64,000 nucleotides of DNA from Capsulimonadaceae bacterium (GCA_965215505.1 OZ244065.1:384001-448000), one strand, 5' to 3'; numbered from the stretch's first letter, positions 28,017 to 39,552 are shown. Numbers and translations are program-made. Notes: generated by a model from the sequence alone, not told the origin.

Positions 28017-28589
28017 ATGACCGCTACCGTACAAGCAAAGCCTGCCGTTCATACGGCGCAAGACCTGGAGCGCCTATCGGCGCAGGGGCATCACTACGAA
28101 CTCATCCGAGGAGAACTCCGCTCCATGTCACCCAGCGGTGGCCCACACGGCAAGGCGTCTAGCCGCGTCTCGTTCTACGTTAATGGCCTTGTATACGCCG
28201 AGGAGCTAGGAGAGACATTCGCTGCCGAAACCGGCTTTTTCCTCGAACGTGCCCCGGACACGGTCAAGGCACCGGACTTTGCCTTCGTCGCCTCCGGGCG
28301 GCTGCCGGACCCTCTCCCAGAAGGCTACGTCCCCCTCGTGCCGGACCTGGCGGTAGAAACGCGCTCGCCCAACGACACGGCGCGCGAGGTCGCGGAAAAG
28401 GTGGAAGAGTGGCTGTCGGCGGGGGTACGGCTGGTCTGGGTCATCGAACCCCGCAAGCGGACGATCACGACATTTCGCGCGGGGCGCGCGCCGCAAGTGC
28501 TGGGCGTCAGCGATATGTTGGATGGCGAAGACGTGCTGCCGGGCCTGTCCGTGCCCGTCGCGCGCATCTTCCCGCCGCGCCGGAATTAG
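28017..28589 (+). CDS. Uma2 family endonuclease
   Basis: ELIRGEL, APDFAFV, PDLAVETRSP, GVRLVWVIEP and VLPGL motifs. Confidence 0.9.
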   Translation: MTATVQAKPAVHTAQDLERLSAQGHHYELIRGELRSMSPSGGPHGKASSRVSFYVNGLVYAEELGETFAAETGFFLERAPDTVKAPDFAFVASGRLPDPLPEGYVPLVPDLAVETRSPNDTAREVAEKVEEWLSAGVRLVWVIEPRKRTITTFRAGRAPQVLGVSDMLDGEDVLPGLSVPVARIFPPRRN

Positions 28590-28607
28590 ATTAGGAGACA
28601 TCGCACC

Positions 28608-30548
<1,941 letters not shown>

Positions 30549-30554
30549 CACGCC

Positions 30555-30953
30555 ATGACCGTCACCATTGACCTACCGCCGGACGTGGAAAAGCGGGTCA
30601 AACAGGCCGCCGATTTGGAGGGCGTGGACGTTCCCACCTTTATGCGGGAAGCGACCCTCTCACGCCTGCTGCCGTCAGGCCCGCCTCAACTGCTGAACGA
30701 TACTGACTTGCTGGAATGTATCAACAATGGCTTCCCGGAAACCTTTTGGGACCGCTTCCGCGCACTAGTCGCCCTCTCCCATGCCGGGACGCTCACGCCG
30801 GAAGAACACAAGGAGTTGATCGCACATGCCGAGCAAACGGAAAACCGTGATGCCGAACGTCTGATGTACCTGATCGAGCTTTCCAAGAGGCGCGGCGTCT
30901 CAGTTCAATCGCTGATGGCCGAACTCGGGCTGCATCCGGTGTCATTCGATTGA
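30555..30953 (+). CDS. hypothetical protein with RHH-like N-terminus (putative antitoxin)
   Basis: MTVTIDLPPDVEKRVKQAA-type N-terminus; overlaps the start of the HNH gene. Confidence 0.65.
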   Translation: MTVTIDLPPDVEKRVKQAADLEGVDVPTFMREATLSRLLPSGPPQLLNDTDLLECINNGFPETFWDRFRALVALSHAGTLTPEEHKELIAHAEQTENRDAERLMYLIELSKRRGVSVQSLMAELGLHPVSFD

Positions 30954-31378
30954 GACGCAGCGTGGCCGAGACTAGGCGACTCGTCGCCGAACGCGCGAAC
31001 AACCTGTGCGAATACTGCCGCTGTTCGTTCGGCTTCTCCTCCAGTCCCTACGCCGTGGAACACATCAACCCGCGCGCGGGCGGCGGCACGAACGACTTGG
31101 ACAACCTGGCGTGGTCCTGCCAGGGGTGTAACGGCCATAAACTGACCGCGACGGCGGCAGAGGACACGGCGACAGGCGGACGCGCCGCGCTTTACAACCC
31201 GCGCCGACAGCGATGGAGGGAACACTTCGAGTGGAGTTCGGACGGGCTGACGGTGTTCGGCATCACCCCGACCGGCAGAGCGACTGTTGTTCGTCTCCAT
31301 CTCAATCGCGAGAGCGTCATCAGCCTGCGGAAAGCACTCGTTGCTTTCGGCGTGCATCCACCGGACGACTGCCCCTGA
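30950..31378 (+). CDS. HNH endonuclease
   Basis: CEYC, VEHINP, NLAWSCQGCNGHK, YNPRRQRWREHF and GRAT motifs. Confidence 0.9.
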   Translation: MRRSVAETRRLVAERANNLCEYCRCSFGFSSSPYAVEHINPRAGGGTNDLDNLAWSCQGCNGHKLTATAAEDTATGGRAALYNPRRQRWREHFEWSSDGLTVFGITPTGRATVVRLHLNRESVISLRKALVAFGVHPPDDCP

Positions 31379-31392
31379 TGTGAGGACAGACC

Positions 31393-31584
31393 GTGAACGA
31401 GTTGACTTTCCTTGTCACAAAAAACTCCGAGGGCGGCTACACCGCCCGCGCGCTCGGCCACTCCATCTTCACCGAAGCTGACACGCTGGACGCCCTGCGC
31501 GCCAACATCCGCGAGGCCGTCCAGTGCCACTTTGAAGACGGGGAAGCGCCTGCAACCGTCCTGCTCAAAACAGAGGCGCGGTAG
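31393..31584 (+). CDS. HicB-like (DUF1902-type) small protein
   Basis: EGGYTARALGHSIFTEADTLDALRANIREAVQCHF; no hicA adjacent. Confidence 0.75.
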   Translation: MNELTFLVTKNSEGGYTARALGHSIFTEADTLDALRANIREAVQCHFEDGEAPATVLLKTEAR

Positions 31585-31667
31585 GCCATTGAGGTCGGCC
31601 TGGCGGACAGCATCGCCGGGCGCACGATGAGCGTGGGGGAAGTGCGGGCGCGGTTTGGCATGGCCTA

Positions 31668-31809
31668 AGCCATGCCTTGAAAGGCACGGCTACACGGCGC
31701 AGACGCCAGGAATCCACCGCTTCGCGGGGATCAGAAAGAACACTCCGAGTGCCGCGAAGCGGTACTTCCTGGCCGAAGGCCGATTAGCCGTGCCTTTCAA
31801 GGCATGGCT
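31668..31809. repeat. REPIN/MITE-like element with perfect 25-bp terminal inverted repeats
   Basis: agccatgccttgaaaggcacggcta (31668-31692) is the reverse complement of 31785-31809; inner stem gccaggaa..accgcttcgcgg / ccgcgaagcggt..ttcctggc. Confidence 0.85.
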
Positions 31810-31842
31810 CACGCGCATCAGCGGGCGTTCCGCCAGCGACGA

Positions 31843-32211
31843 TCAAGCGGCGGAACGCACAAAGCCTTTGTAGCGAGTGCCCTGGAATGTCAGCGTCCCG
31901 GCATCGCCCTCGGCCAGCAGGCCGTACTCGCGCCCGGACAGGCCGAACTCCTTGCGCTCGCCGCCCACCTCGAACGTGACATAGTACGACGTGCTGACCC
32001 GGCCCGAACCGGAAGCCGAGTCCATCGCGGCCCCCGTGCCGCTGGTGTCCGTGCGCTTGGAGACGACATGGGCCGAGACTGCCTGCACCGGTTGCTTGTT
32101 GTTCCAAGCCCACGTCCCGATGCCCTTGACGATGGCAAAGATGATTCCGCCGATGACCAGCACGAAGATGATCCCGATGAAGATGGGAACGGCGGTGAAT
32201 GGGTCCGGCAT
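31843..32211 (-). CDS. DUF2500 family membrane protein
   Basis: N-terminal TM; NNKQPV, VVSKRT, YYVTFE, EYGLLAEGDAGTLTFQGTRY motifs. Confidence 0.9.
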   Translation of the reverse strand: MPDPFTAVPIFIGIIFVLVIGGIIFAIVKGIGTWAWNNKQPVQAVSAHVVSKRTDTSGTGAAMDSASGSGRVSTSYYVTFEVGGERKEFGLSGREYGLLAEGDAGTLTFQGTRYKGFVRSAA

Positions 32212-32215
32212 CACG

Positions 32216-32776
32216 TCACTCCAAGTCGAATAGCTCTTCCGCCCGGCACGAAAAGCCGGGCAGCAAGTCGCCCGCATCCAGCGTCTCTTCCGGCCCGAAG
32301 TCCGCCGTGTTGAAGGGCGAGGTGTAGACGGTGACGCGCCTGGTGTCCGGGAACAGGTGCCAGACCTGCTCCGCGCCCGCGCCGAAATACTCCGCCACCT
32401 TCCGCGCCATCTCGTCCGGCTGCTCGGAGGGTGAGATGATCTCAATGGCAAGGTCGGGGGCCATGCTTTCAAAGCTTTCGGCGGGCAGTCCGTCCGGCAG
32501 TCGCTCCTTCCGGGTGAAGGACACGTCCGGCGAACGGACATTGCCCGAAGCCATGCGGAAGCCAGCCTGTGACCCGGCGACAAATCCGCGTCCCCGCGCG
32601 AACGGTTTCAGCATCGCCCCGATGTTAATCACCATCACGTCATGTCTGTGTCCTGCCGGCACTTCCTTGGCCTTCCCGTCCACGAGTTCCCACTTGCGCC
32701 CGTCGTCCGGCAGGCGCAGGAACTCTTCCTCCGTCATCCTCCTGCGGACCGCAGGGGTTGCTTGCGCGATGATCAT
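32216..32776 (-). CDS. Uma2 family endonuclease
   Basis: MTEEEFLRLPDDGRKWELVDG, RSPDVSF, APDLAIEIISPS and LLPGF motifs. Confidence 0.9.
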   Translation of the reverse strand: MIIAQATPAVRRRMTEEEFLRLPDDGRKWELVDGKAKEVPAGHRHDVMVINIGAMLKPFARGRGFVAGSQAGFRMASGNVRSPDVSFTRKERLPDGLPAESFESMAPDLAIEIISPSEQPDEMARKVAEYFGAGAEQVWHLFPDTRRVTVYTSPFNTADFGPEETLDAGDLLPGFSCRAEELFDLE

Positions 32777-32811
32777 GTGCGCCCCTTAAATCCGAGTCAT
32801 GAGCCAGCCTC

Positions 32812-34023
32812 TTATACCAATCTAACAGTCACGGTGCCTGGATCAACCCCCATTGTTTGTAGAAGAATTACGAAGTTCCGTATCTTTTCCGCTGTGTCGC
32901 TGTGTGTGTCAACGTATGCTTGCTTATTGGTGAGATTGATCGGCTTTGGACTCCTCATCTGCTCCCCGTTGGGGTGGATAGGGAGGTGGTTTATAAGATA
33001 CCGCTCTCCGTTTTCAGTCGCCGGAAATGGTATCTGACCGAAACCGTGTTCAGCGTGTAACCACTCCACAAGCCGAACCGCTACTTCTGCCCACCGTTTA
33101 ACTGGATGCTCCATCTCGTTCCCGAAACCGACAGAAACCGGCCTCCGATTGACGGATAAGGAAGCATTTTTGTAGAGTTGTGCAATGGTGTATTGTTTGA
33201 TCTCTCCCTTTTGCATCAGGGAAGGTAACGCCACCGATCCTGCATCGGTGGGTTGAGACTGAGCGCTCGTATTCGCCACGGCGTTCTCCACAGGTTTATT
33301 GTTTGGCTCCTGTTTCGTGTTGAGTGGGACGAGTGGTACTGCACCTGGTGTGGAAGCCTTGACTGAGATGTTGTGCAACTTGCCGATGACAGAGCCTATC
33401 ATTGTATCGCTGACACTTGATCCTATGTTCTCGTTGCACAAATGCTGGAACAACTTGCGTGCCTCGGAGCTTGGTGTTTTTAGCTGCTCATCAACGAGCC
33501 GAGTCACTTGCTGGAACAGCCACGCCTCCCGAAGCTCGTTTTTCAGGATCGAAGATTTTGAGAGCAGCGACAATGTTTGTAGAGCTTGTTCATCGTTGAA
33601 CAAATCTTCGATCTGTAGCACACGTTTTTCCGGTAGCGGCTTTGGCAAATGAGCGTTATAGATGTACCATTTGCGACCATTCGTTAGAATAGCCCATTCG
33701 GCTCCTTGGTTGTTGGCGTAGTTGACTGCTTGAGCGGCCTCGCCGTCCTGTAGTTGCAAATCAAGGCGTTTTGCTTCCAGAAACCATTTTTGCGGCTTGT
33801 TTCCTAGAATAGTGTAGTCAGGAAAGTTGTTGGCTACACCATCATGGCTGCGTTTGAGGGTTTCAAGCGGACTGTAGCCGAGGCGTTTGAGCAGAGGGTC
33901 GATGATGATGAACTCTGTTTGTGCTTCATTAAGTATTTGCCCTGCTTCCTTCGCTTCATCCAGCGTTGCCTTAATGGATGCAACTTCCTCCGCCAGTGAC
34001 TGTAACAGCACAAAATCTTCCAA
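32812..34023 (-). CDS. type I restriction enzyme HsdR N-terminal-like nuclease protein (stand-alone)
   Basis: NEAQT..IIDPLLKRLGY, PDY, LEAKR, QAVNYA and ILTNG motifs; visibly lower GC than neighbours. Confidence 0.8.
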   Translation of the reverse strand: MEDFVLLQSLAEEVASIKATLDEAKEAGQILNEAQTEFIIIDPLLKRLGYSPLETLKRSHDGVANNFPDYTILGNKPQKWFLEAKRLDLQLQDGEAAQAVNYANNQGAEWAILTNGRKWYIYNAHLPKPLPEKRVLQIEDLFNDEQALQTLSLLSKSSILKNELREAWLFQQVTRLVDEQLKTPSSEARKLFQHLCNENIGSSVSDTMIGSVIGKLHNISVKASTPGAVPLVPLNTKQEPNNKPVENAVANTSAQSQPTDAGSVALPSLMQKGEIKQYTIAQLYKNASLSVNRRPVSVGFGNEMEHPVKRWAEVAVRLVEWLHAEHGFGQIPFPATENGERYLINHLPIHPNGEQMRSPKPINLTNKQAYVDTHSDTAEKIRNFVILLQTMGVDPGTVTVRLV

Positions 34024-34162
34024 TAAATACTCCTAAAGGTAATTGCCATGCTGTGTTCTACATGGCCTATTCGAAATCCTTTAAGCGAACAGGACCAAGG
34101 CAGGAATAGGGGTATCATAAAGCGAACGAACGGTTACCACAGGTTTTTGGCAGGAGTCCACA

Positions 34163-35320
34163 ATGAAAATCCACGAATATCAGGCGAAGCAGCTATTGAA
34201 GCAGTACGGCGTTCCCGTCCCCCAGGGGCAGGTGGCCTCCAACCCCGATGAGGTGCGCGAGGTCGCCAAGACATTAGGCAGGAAGGTCGTCATCAAGGGG
34301 CAGGTGCATTCGGGCGGGCGCGGCAAGGCGGGGGCGGTGAAGATCGCCAAGGACGCCAACGAGGCCGAGGCCATCGGGAAGGACCTGATCGGCAAGACGC
34401 TGTTCTTCGCGCAGGCAAACTCGGACCTCAAGATCAACCGGCTGCTGGTGGAAGAAGCCGTAGACATTGACAAGGAGATCTATGTCGCCGTCACGCAGGA
34501 CCGGGTGCGGCAGCGGGACGTGCTGATCGTCTCCACGCAGGGCGGCATGGACATCGAGGAGGTCGCCCACAACAACCCCGCCGACATCGCAAGGCTCTAC
34601 ATCGACCCGCTGCTCGGCCTGCCGGACTACGCCTGCCGTCAGGTGCTGTTCGACGCCAAGTTCGACAAGGCGCTCATCGGCAAGACCATCCCCGTCTTGA
34701 AGGCGCTGTACGCCGCCTATGTCGGCACGGACGCGACGTTGGCGGAGATCAACCCGCTGGTCATCACCAAGGACGGGTCGGTCATCGCCGGCGACGCCAA
34801 GTGGGACATTGACGAGAACGCGCTGTTCCGGCACCCCGAGTTCACGGCCTTCAAGGACGAGTCCGAGACGGACCCCATCGAGAAGGAGGCGCACCGGCGC
34901 GGCATCCAGTATGTGCGGCTCGAAGGCGGCGACATCGGCATCATCGGCAACGGGGCGGGGCTGGTGATGACCACGATGGACGAGGTCAAGCGCGCGGGCG
35001 GCTCGCCCGCCGACTTCCTGGACATCGGCGGCGGCGCGAAGGCGGAGGCGGTCGCGAGCAGCCTGGAGATCGTCCTGTCCGACCCGAACGTCAAGGGCGT
35101 CCTGTTCAACATCTTCGGCGGCATCACGCGCGGCGACGAGGTGGCGAAGGGCATCATCGAGGGCACGAAGAACCTGGACATCAAGGTCCCCATCGTCATC
35201 CGCCTGGCCGGGACTCGGGCCGCTGAAGGCGCGGAACTGCTGAAGGCGACGAACCTCATCCCCGCCGACACCATGCAGGCTGCGGCGGAGAAGATCGTGG
35301 AACTGGCCTACGCCAAGTGA
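34163..35320 (+). CDS. sucC: succinyl-CoA synthetase beta subunit
   Basis: MKIHEYQAK, GGRGKAG, GGMDIEEVA, EINPL, NGAGLVMTTMD and NIFGGI motifs. Confidence 0.97.
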   Translation: MKIHEYQAKQLLKQYGVPVPQGQVASNPDEVREVAKTLGRKVVIKGQVHSGGRGKAGAVKIAKDANEAEAIGKDLIGKTLFFAQANSDLKINRLLVEEAVDIDKEIYVAVTQDRVRQRDVLIVSTQGGMDIEEVAHNNPADIARLYIDPLLGLPDYACRQVLFDAKFDKALIGKTIPVLKALYAAYVGTDATLAEINPLVITKDGSVIAGDAKWDIDENALFRHPEFTAFKDESETDPIEKEAHRRGIQYVRLEGGDIGIIGNGAGLVMTTMDEVKRAGGSPADFLDIGGGAKAEAVASSLEIVLSDPNVKGVLFNIFGGITRGDEVAKGIIEGTKNLDIKVPIVIRLAGTRAAEGAELLKATNLIPADTMQAAAEKIVELAYAK

Positions 35321-35329
35321 GGTGACGGA

Positions 35330-35926
35330 ATGGCAGTTGCCGAACGCCCGCGCCCTTCGGCGTCCGCCCCGGTGGAGGCACCCGCCCCATACACGCCGGC
35401 GGATTTTGATCGGGTCGCTGCGCTCTATCCAGATTTACGGGTCGAGCTGACTCAAGAAGGAGAACTCATTCTCATGCCGCCGACGTTTACCCGGACGGGC
35501 ATGAAGAACTTCAGGCTGACGGTTCGGTTTGGAGCGTGGAGCGAAGCCAATGACCTCGGCATCGGCGCGGACTCGTCCACCATCTTCACGCTGCCGAACG
35601 GCGCGAAGCGCTCTCCCGATCTTGGTTGGGTCAGAAGATCGCGCTGGGAGGCTCTCACGGAGGATGAACAAAAGGACTTCGCGCTGATCTGCCCGGATTT
35701 CGTTGCCGAACTTCGATCCGATACTGATCGTCTGAGCGCCGTCCAGAAGAAGATGCGCGAGTATAGGGACAACGGCGCGCAGCTCGGCTGGCTGATCGAC
35801 CCCATCAGCCGCCGCGTAGAGGTCTACCGGCCCGGTCAGGACGTGGAAATACTGGACGACCCGGCCTCTATTTCCGGCGACCCTGTCCTGCCCGGCTTCA
35901 CGCTGGACCTGAAAGACATCCTATGA
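35330..35926 (+). CDS. Uma2 family endonuclease
   Basis: FTLPNGAKRSPD, CPDFVAELRS, LGWLIDP and VLPGFTLDL motifs. Confidence 0.9.
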   Translation: MAVAERPRPSASAPVEAPAPYTPADFDRVAALYPDLRVELTQEGELILMPPTFTRTGMKNFRLTVRFGAWSEANDLGIGADSSTIFTLPNGAKRSPDLGWVRRSRWEALTEDEQKDFALICPDFVAELRSDTDRLSAVQKKMREYRDNGAQLGWLIDPISRRVEVYRPGQDVEILDDPASISGDPVLPGFTLDLKDIL

Positions 35927-36486
35927 ACACGCTCGCCCAGCCCCGCCAAGAGTGGCTGATGGAAACGCTCTCCCGGCTGCCGGAGCAGGGAAAAGCCGAA
36001 ATCCTAGATGGAGTGATCGTCCTCATGCCGCCAGTCGGCTTCCTCCCCGGCCGCGCCTCCTCCCAGATCTTCCGCAGCCTCCGGAGCTATGAAGAGGCCG
36101 CCGGCGGGGGGTACGCGATCCCGGACAACGTCGGGATGCTGGTTGATCTGCCGAACCGCCATTCTTTCAGTCCGGACGCTTCCTGGCACCTGGGGCCTGC
36201 GACCGGAGCCAAGTTCCTCTCCGGCGCACCCGCCTTCGCCGCCGAGGTCCGCAGCGAGGAGGATTACGGGCTGCGGGCCGAGCAGAACAGGGCGGAGAAG
36301 CGCGCGGACTACTTCGCCGCCGGGACACAAGTCGTCTGGGACGTAGACGTACTGCGAAATCAGACGATCTCCGTCTACCGCGCCGCGACGCCCGACATCC
36401 CGACCGTTTTCGGCAAAGAGGCTGTCGTTGACGCGGAGCCTGCCGTGCTGGGCTGGACGTTCGCCGTGGAAGACTTGTTCAACTGA
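35923..36486 (+). CDS. Uma2 family endonuclease
   Basis: KAEILDG, SFSPDA, APAFAAEVRS and KRADYFAAGTQVVWDVD motifs; ATGA overlap. Confidence 0.88.
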   Translation: MNTLAQPRQEWLMETLSRLPEQGKAEILDGVIVLMPPVGFLPGRASSQIFRSLRSYEEAAGGGYAIPDNVGMLVDLPNRHSFSPDASWHLGPATGAKFLSGAPAFAAEVRSEEDYGLRAEQNRAEKRADYFAAGTQVVWDVDVLRNQTISVYRAATPDIPTVFGKEAVVDAEPAVLGWTFAVEDLFN

Positions 36487-36875
36487 TGATGCCGTCGCTA
36501 AAATCGGAGCGTTCCGAGACGCCGGACGCCATCGCGCCGGACGGGGCCGAGATCCGTGTCCTGCTGGACCGCCCGCAGGGCGCGACGCGGCTGAGTCTGG
36601 CGGAAGCCCTCGTCAAGCCGGGCGAGCGGACGGCCTGCGTCTCGCACAAGACCATCGAAGAGGTGTGGTACATCGTGCGCGGGGCGGGCCGCTTTCACCG
36701 CCTGACGCCGGACGGCGGCGAGGAGGAAACGAGCGATGTGTCGCCCGGCGATGCCCTGCTCATCCCGACCGGCTACCGGTTCTGGGTGGAGAACACGGGG
36801 CCGGACGACCTCGTTTTCCTCTGCTCAGGCACCCCGCCATGGCCGGGGGCTGACGAGGCGATTGTGTGGGAGTGA
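36486..36875 (+). CDS. cupin domain protein
   Basis: APDGAEIR, HKTIEEVWYIVRGAG, PGDALLIPTG and PPWPG motifs. Confidence 0.88.
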   Translation: MMPSLKSERSETPDAIAPDGAEIRVLLDRPQGATRLSLAEALVKPGERTACVSHKTIEEVWYIVRGAGRFHRLTPDGGEEETSDVSPGDALLIPTGYRFWVENTGPDDLVFLCSGTPPWPGADEAIVWE

Positions 36876-36877
36876 AC

Positions 36878-37405
36878 ATGGATGAAGCGAGCATGCGGCT
36901 CTGGCGTGCGGTGAAGAAGGGCAGCGTGGCGGAGGTTGAGGCTGCTCTGGAACAAGGCGCGGATGCAAACTGTCGCGACAAAACACAAAGAACGCCTCTG
37001 ATGGAGGCCGCCAAACGTGGACGCCTACCGATCCTCGAACTACTTCTCACAAAGGGGGCAAACATCAACGCCAAAGATCACTCTGGCCTAACGCCATTGA
37101 TGTACGCCATAGCCCCGCATCAGGTCGCGACTGTTCGGCTCCTGGCCGCAATCGGGGCTGATGCCACGCGCTCAGATAAGGACGGCGAGAAGTGCTTCCG
37201 CAAAATCCGGCAGCAGCAAGCCGTGACGGTCTTCAGCACTCTGTTCAGCATCGCCCTGTTTATCTTTGGCCAACGTAGGGTTGCCAAGGACAGGGAGTTG
37301 CAGCAAGTTGAATGGATCGAAATGGCGTTCAAGGTGTATGGTGAGATAATTACATTCCAGAAGTACGAGCAGATGGCGAGGATATTGAAAGAGGCAGGCG
37401 GCTGA
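36878..37405 (+). CDS. ankyrin-repeat protein with a C-terminal hydrophobic segment
   Basis: GADAN..RTPLMEAA and GANINAKDHSGLTPLMYA repeats. Confidence 0.8.
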   Translation: MDEASMRLWRAVKKGSVAEVEAALEQGADANCRDKTQRTPLMEAAKRGRLPILELLLTKGANINAKDHSGLTPLMYAIAPHQVATVRLLAAIGADATRSDKDGEKCFRKIRQQQAVTVFSTLFSIALFIFGQRRVAKDRELQQVEWIEMAFKVYGEIITFQKYEQMARILKEAGG

Positions 37406-38443
37406 ATGACCATTGACACCGAATACTTGACCGAGTTTCTTATCGGCCTGCTGAACACGTCCAGCCCGACCGGGGACGCGGAGCGCGGCATCGCCTACAC
37501 CGAAGCCGCCCTGCGCGGCCTGGGCCTGACGACGCGGCGGACGGTGAAGGGCGCGCTGATCACGACCCTGGAAGGCCGCTCGGATACCGAGCCGCGCGCG
37601 GTCACGGCTCATGTGGATACCTTAGGGGCGATGGTCAAGGAGATCAAGGGGAACGGGCGGCTGGCACTGACGCAGATCGGCGGCTACCCGTGGAACGCCA
37701 TCGAGGGCGAGGGCGTCACCATCGCCACGGAGGGGCAGGGGACGTACCGGGGGAGCGTGCAGCTCAACAAGGCGTCCTCGCATGTGCATGGCGGGGCGGT
37801 GAACGAGGCGAAGCGCGAGGCGTCGTCGCTGGAAGTGCGGATCGATGCGCGGACGGGGAATGCGGCGGAGACGAAGGCGCTGGGCATCGCGGTCGGTGAC
37901 TTCGTGTATCTGGACCCGCGCGTCGAAGCCGTCAATGGCTTCATCCGCAGCCGGCACCTGGACGATAAGGCCTGCGTCGCCTGCCTTCTGGCCGCCGTCA
38001 AAGCCTTGCAGGACGTCGGCGAGGTCCCGGCCCAGCGGACGACGATTCACATCAGCAACTATGAGGAGGTCGGGCACGGGGCGGCGGGCGGCTTCCCCGC
38101 CGACATCGTGGAGCTTTTGACCGTGGACATGGCGGCCATCGGCGACGGGCAGGCCTCCGACGAGTTCCACTGCACCCTCTGCGTCAAGGACAGCGGCGGG
38201 CCGTACCACATCGACTTCAACCGGAAGCTGCGGCGGCTGGCATCGGAGAAGGGAATCACGCTGCGGACGGACATTTACCCCTATTACGGCTCCGACGGTG
38301 AGGCACTGTGGCGAGCGGGCGCGGACGTCCGCGTGGCCCTGATCGGGCCGGGCGTGGACGCCTCGCACTCGTATGAAAGGACGCATGAAGATGCCCTGGG
38401 TGATACCGCCCGGCTTATCGGGTACTATCTACTGTCCGAGTGA
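37406..38443 (+). CDS. M42 family metallopeptidase
   Basis: SPTG, AHVDTLG, RHLDDKA, EEVGHG, VDM, KDSGGPY and SHSYERTH motifs. Confidence 0.92.
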   Translation: MTIDTEYLTEFLIGLLNTSSPTGDAERGIAYTEAALRGLGLTTRRTVKGALITTLEGRSDTEPRAVTAHVDTLGAMVKEIKGNGRLALTQIGGYPWNAIEGEGVTIATEGQGTYRGSVQLNKASSHVHGGAVNEAKREASSLEVRIDARTGNAAETKALGIAVGDFVYLDPRVEAVNGFIRSRHLDDKACVACLLAAVKALQDVGEVPAQRTTIHISNYEEVGHGAAGGFPADIVELLTVDMAAIGDGQASDEFHCTLCVKDSGGPYHIDFNRKLRRLASEKGITLRTDIYPYYGSDGEALWRAGADVRVALIGPGVDASHSYERTHEDALGDTARLIGYYLLSE

Positions 38444-38472
38444 CACATTTTCAAGCAAGACCTAAGGAGAAC

Positions 38473-38679
38473 ATGATGGCAGACACATTCGAGTACAAGA
38501 TCATCGTCAGCGACTCGGACGATGAAACCGACGAGGAAACCCTGAACCAGCACGGCGGGCAGGGCTGGGAGCTGGTCAACGCCGTCGCCGACGTCCGCGC
38601 CAATGACGAAGCTGACGAGGGCGAGGAGGACGAGAACGTCCCCGTCACCGTCTTCTACTTCAAGCGGCGCAAAGGCTAA
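38473..38679 (+). CDS. DUF4177 domain protein
   Basis: FEYKI...LNQHGGQGWELV...FYFKR; AAGGAG RBS. Confidence 0.8.
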   Translation: MMADTFEYKIIVSDSDDETDEETLNQHGGQGWELVNAVADVRANDEADEGEEDENVPVTVFYFKRRKG

Positions 38680-38682
38680 ACG

Positions 38683-39552
38683 ATGAGCATCCTAGTTGAC
38701 AAGAACACCACGGTCATCGTCCAGGGCATCACGGGGCGCGAGGGCGAGTTCCACACCACCCAGATGATTGAGTACGGCACGAAGGTCGTCGGCGGCGTCA
38801 CGCCCGGCAAGGGCGGCATGACCGTCCAGGGCGTCCCCGTCTTCGACACCGTGCGCGAGGCCAAAGAAGCGACGGGCGCGGACGCGACCTGCATCTTCGT
38901 CCCCGCACGGGGGGCCGCCGACGGCATCATGGAGGCCGTGGACGCGGGCATTGACTTCATCGTCTGCATCACCGAGGGCATCCCGATTGAAGACGAGATC
39001 AAGGCCGTGAACGTCGTGAAGTACTCCAAGTCCCGCCTGCTCGGCCCGAACTGCCCTGGCATCCTGACCGTCGGCGGCGCGAAGATCGGCATCATCCCCG
39101 CCTCCATGTTCATCCCCGGCCCGGTCGGCATCGTCTCGCGCTCCGGGACGCTGACCTACGAGTCGGTGGACGCCCTGACCCGCGCGGGCCTGGGCCAGAC
39201 GACCTGCGTCGGCGTCGGCGGCGACCCCATGCCCGGCACCCGCTTCATTGACGTCCTGCCGCTGTTCGAGGCCGACCCCGAGACGAAGGCCGTGGTCATG
39301 TGCGGCGAGGTGGGCGGGTCCGACGAGGAGATTGCCGCCGAGTACATCAAGACCATGACAAAACCCGTCATCGGCTTCATCGCCGGCCTGACCGCCCCGC
39401 CCGGCAAGCGCATGGGCCACGCCGGCGCGATCATCTCCGGCACGTCCGGCGGCCCGCAGGCGAAGGTAGACGCCCTTAAAGCCGCCGGTGTCCTCGTCGC
39501 CGAGACGACGGCGGACATTCCGGGGCTGGTCCGGCAGGCATTAGGCGGGTAG
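38683..39552 (+). CDS. sucD: succinyl-CoA synthetase alpha subunit
   Basis: [36 protein letters not shown] and MGHAGA motifs. Confidence 0.97.
   Translation: MSILVDKNTTVIVQGITGREGEFHTTQMIEYGTKVVGGVTPGKGGMTVQGVPVFDTVREAKEATGADATCIFVPARGAADGIMEAVDAGIDFIVCITEGIPIEDEIKAVNVVKYSKSRLLGPNCPGILTVGGAKIGIIPASMFIPGPVGIVSRSGTLTYESVDALTRAGLGQTTCVGVGGDPMPGTRFIDVLPLFEADPETKAVVMCGEVGGSDEEIAAEYIKTMTKPVIGFIAGLTAPPGKRMGHAGAIISGTSGGPQAKVDALKAAGVLVAETTADIPGLVRQALGG

Noticed and set aside
31843..32583. 246-aa extended DUF2500 protein
   Set aside because: The extension overlaps Uma2 in another frame; the plausible start is 32211.
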